A stretch of DNA of 64,000 bases, from positions 832,001-896,000 of the forward strand of contig CBDIID010000003.1 in NCBI GenBank assembly GCA_965279515.1, written 5' to 3'. This DNA is from Turneriella sp. Lineage in GTDB: Bacteria; Spirochaetota; Leptospiria; Turneriellales; Turneriellaceae. Under the pieces are notes generated by a model that saw nothing but the letters and a program-made list of their open reading frames with translations, was not told the DNA's origin and made no database searches. Position 1 is the stretch's first letter; each line of letters opens with the position of its first letter. The position numbers and the translations under genes were made by a program. Of the stretch, positions 63,904-64,000 are shown in pieces.

Positions 63904-63992
63904 CGGAGTGGGAGGGATTCGAACCCTCGGTACCGGTTACCCAGTACAACAGTTTAGCAAACTATCGCATTCGACCACTCTGCCACCACTCC
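63904..63992 (-). tRNA. tRNA-Ser (GCT)
   Basis: ggagtgg...ccactcc-g, anticodon loop ttGCTaa, long variable arm. Confidence 0.95.
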
Positions 63993-64000
63993 AGGGACTC

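Overview
A gene-dense, moderately GC-rich bacterial chromosome segment, mostly housekeeping. Gene content (MqnD futalosine pathway, RpoB Asn at the E. coli Ser531 position, many TPR/lipoproteins, a DUF1564-like protein) points to a spirochaete of the Leptospiraceae, plausibly Turneriella-like; this is inference, not a database match. Order: hslU-TPR-surE-TPR; AraC/aldehyde dehydrogenase; RNA-modification genes (RsmG-TrmH fusion, RluA, TtcA); LptD-like; extended nadC; dnaX-PBP1A; Hpt; rpe, mqnD; ECF sigma module; rnr-tsaB-tsaE; Fur/MerC-like pair; RelE/ParE TA pair; cyclase; purD; hybrid kinase; nadA; pgeF-lepA; and the tRNA(Ser,Thr,Trp)-secE-nusG-rplKAJL-rpoBC-rpsLG-fusA cluster on the minus strand. 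No transposase, integrase, reverse transcriptase, prophage or CRISPR array was seen. Most notable: (1) a family of branched palindromic elements sharing a GC-TAAA-GC core with compensatory base changes, two of which bracket the Hpt gene; (2) palindromic in-frame segments inside rnr and tsaB; (3) a perfect 20-nt antisense copy of the tRNA-Thr 5' end directly upstream of that tRNA; (4) NadC fused to a FadR-C/FCD-like domain lacking a DNA-binding HTH.
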